From Octopus bimaculoides (lineage: Eukaryota): 64,000 nt of DNA. The notes below the pieces were generated by a model. The model was not told the origin of the DNA, ran no database searches, and worked only from the letters and a program-made list of their open reading frames with translations. The number at the start of each line of letters is the position of its first letter. Within the stretch, counting starts at the first letter, position 1. Both the position numbers and the translations under genes were made by a program. Positions 62,545 to 64,000 of this stretch are shown here, one piece after another. The stretch lies in NCBI RefSeq assembly GCF_001194135.2, contig NC_069001.1, positions 7,249,200 to 7,313,199 on the forward strand, written 5' to 3'.

Positions 62545-62770
62545 GCAAGAGTCCTGTGCCAGTGCCACATAAAAAAGCACTGATGCTGGTGCCACATCAA
62601 AGCACCCAGCACACCTTGCAAAGTTATTGGCATTAGGAAGGGCATCCAGCTGTAGAAACCATGCAAAATCAGATTGGAACCTGGTGCAGCTTCCCAGCTT
62701 TGGTCAAACAGTCCAACCCATGCCAGCATGGACAATGGATGCTAAATGATGAAGAACATGATGATGATTA
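62545..62770 (+). mobile_element. SINE family B
   Basis: ggcattaggaagggcatccagctgtagaaacc...ccaacccatgccagcatgg...aaatgatgaag. Confidence 0.85.
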
Positions 62771-63621
62771 TGCAGTCTGTCAAACTAAGGTGAAAACTAT
62801 TTTTCTTCGTTTAATAAAAATTGATTTCCGCGAAATAAAATTCCAAAATTAATGGAGGAAAAATGTTAAACATTCTACAAAGATACAAGAAATTGCTGGA
62901 ATAGAATGGCAAACATTGAAATTATCACCTTCCATTCCCTGTTCTTAATTAACAAATAGAAACACTTAAGATGCGTTTTATTTTTCTTTGATAAATAATC
63001 CAATGTAGCCACACACATCGTTTTTACCTTAAAGCAATATGGCTCTCTCATTCTCCTTCTCCCATCTCTCTCCCTCATATCTCTTTCTCCTTTTTGCTAT
63101 TCCCCCTCTCTTTCATATCTCTTCTTCTTTTTGTCACTTCCCTCTCCCTTCTCTCTCTCTCTCCATATATACACATATATACATTCACCCTATTTTATTT
63201 GTTCCATTGTTCATACCACTTTTATCCATGCTTTCCAAGATATAATAATAAAAGGTTTTGTAACACAGTTATTTATTTTTGCCTCCTGTTCCTCCTGCCC
63301 TTCCTCCACCTCCTCCTCTTCATCACCATCACCACCACCACCATCATCAATGCTTTAATTTACAAATCACCTCCTCCACCATCACCCAGTGCTGATTCCT
63401 CAATACAAGACCAATCCCACTTCTGTCTTCATTATGTCTCCAATCCTTTTGCAACAGAAAAGTTCCTTTTTTTTTTTATTTCTAATGAAACAAATGAGAT
63501 TTGCAGTTTCTTGTTGAGCAATTTATTCTGATAAAATACTCAAAGTCTGAAATGTCAATGCGATAAGCACAAACTGAGATATCAGGAATTGAACTCTAAG
63601 CCACAACAGATGAAACTGAAT

Positions 63622-64000
63622 ATCTTTTATCTTTTACTTGTTTCAGTCACTAAACTGTGGCCATGCTGGGACACCACCTTGAAGACTTTTAGTCAAATAA
63701 AAAGACCCCAGTACTTTTTTTTAATATAAGTTTGAACTTATTCTATCAGTCTCTTTTGCCAAACCGCTAAGCTATGAGGATGTAAACACACCAACACCAG
63801 TTGTCAAGTAGTGGTCAAAGACAAACACATATGCACACACAAATATATATGTGACAGGCACTTTCAGTTTCTGTCTACCAAATCCACTTACAAGACTTTG
63901 ATCAGTCCAAAGCTAAAGTAGAAGACATTTGCTCAAGGGTGCCATGCAATAGGACTCAACCTGGAACCATATTGCTGGAAAGCACACTTCTTACCTCACA
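63622..64000 (-). mobile_element. SINE family A, running to the window end
   Basis: cttttatcttttacttgtttcagtcac...ctaccaaatccac...ggaaagcacacttcttacctcaca. Confidence 0.88.

Overview
AT-rich eukaryotic genomic DNA from a gapped short-read scaffold. It is saturated with microsatellites and with SINE families I recognise from octopod (Octopus sp.) genomes; the species call is an inference from repeat content. There is no long protein-coding ORF: essentially every entry in the ORF track is a microsatellite or N-gap artefact. The window looks like the interior of a very large gene, probably on the minus strand, with a few tiny candidate exons whose gene identity I cannot assign. Repeats comprise four SINE families (my labels A-D), mariner, piggyBac-like and hAT-like MITEs, a foldback element, RTE- and L2/CR1-type LINE relics, and minisatellites. 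The main points of interest are: (1) three sequence-unrelated minimal type-I hammerhead ribozyme motifs of the Penelope-like kind, all on the + strand (30755, 32186, 40028); (2) a minus-strand recursive-splicing-like site (strong acceptor directly followed by GTAAGT at 27121/27120) with a downstream cryptic 104-nt exon; (3) an 18-nt frame-preserving microexon candidate with an upstream TGC motif (45378-45395); (4) dense inverted-repeat pairs that would form long dsRNA in a pre-mRNA. All calls were made by eye, and repeat boundaries are approximate to about 10-20 bp.
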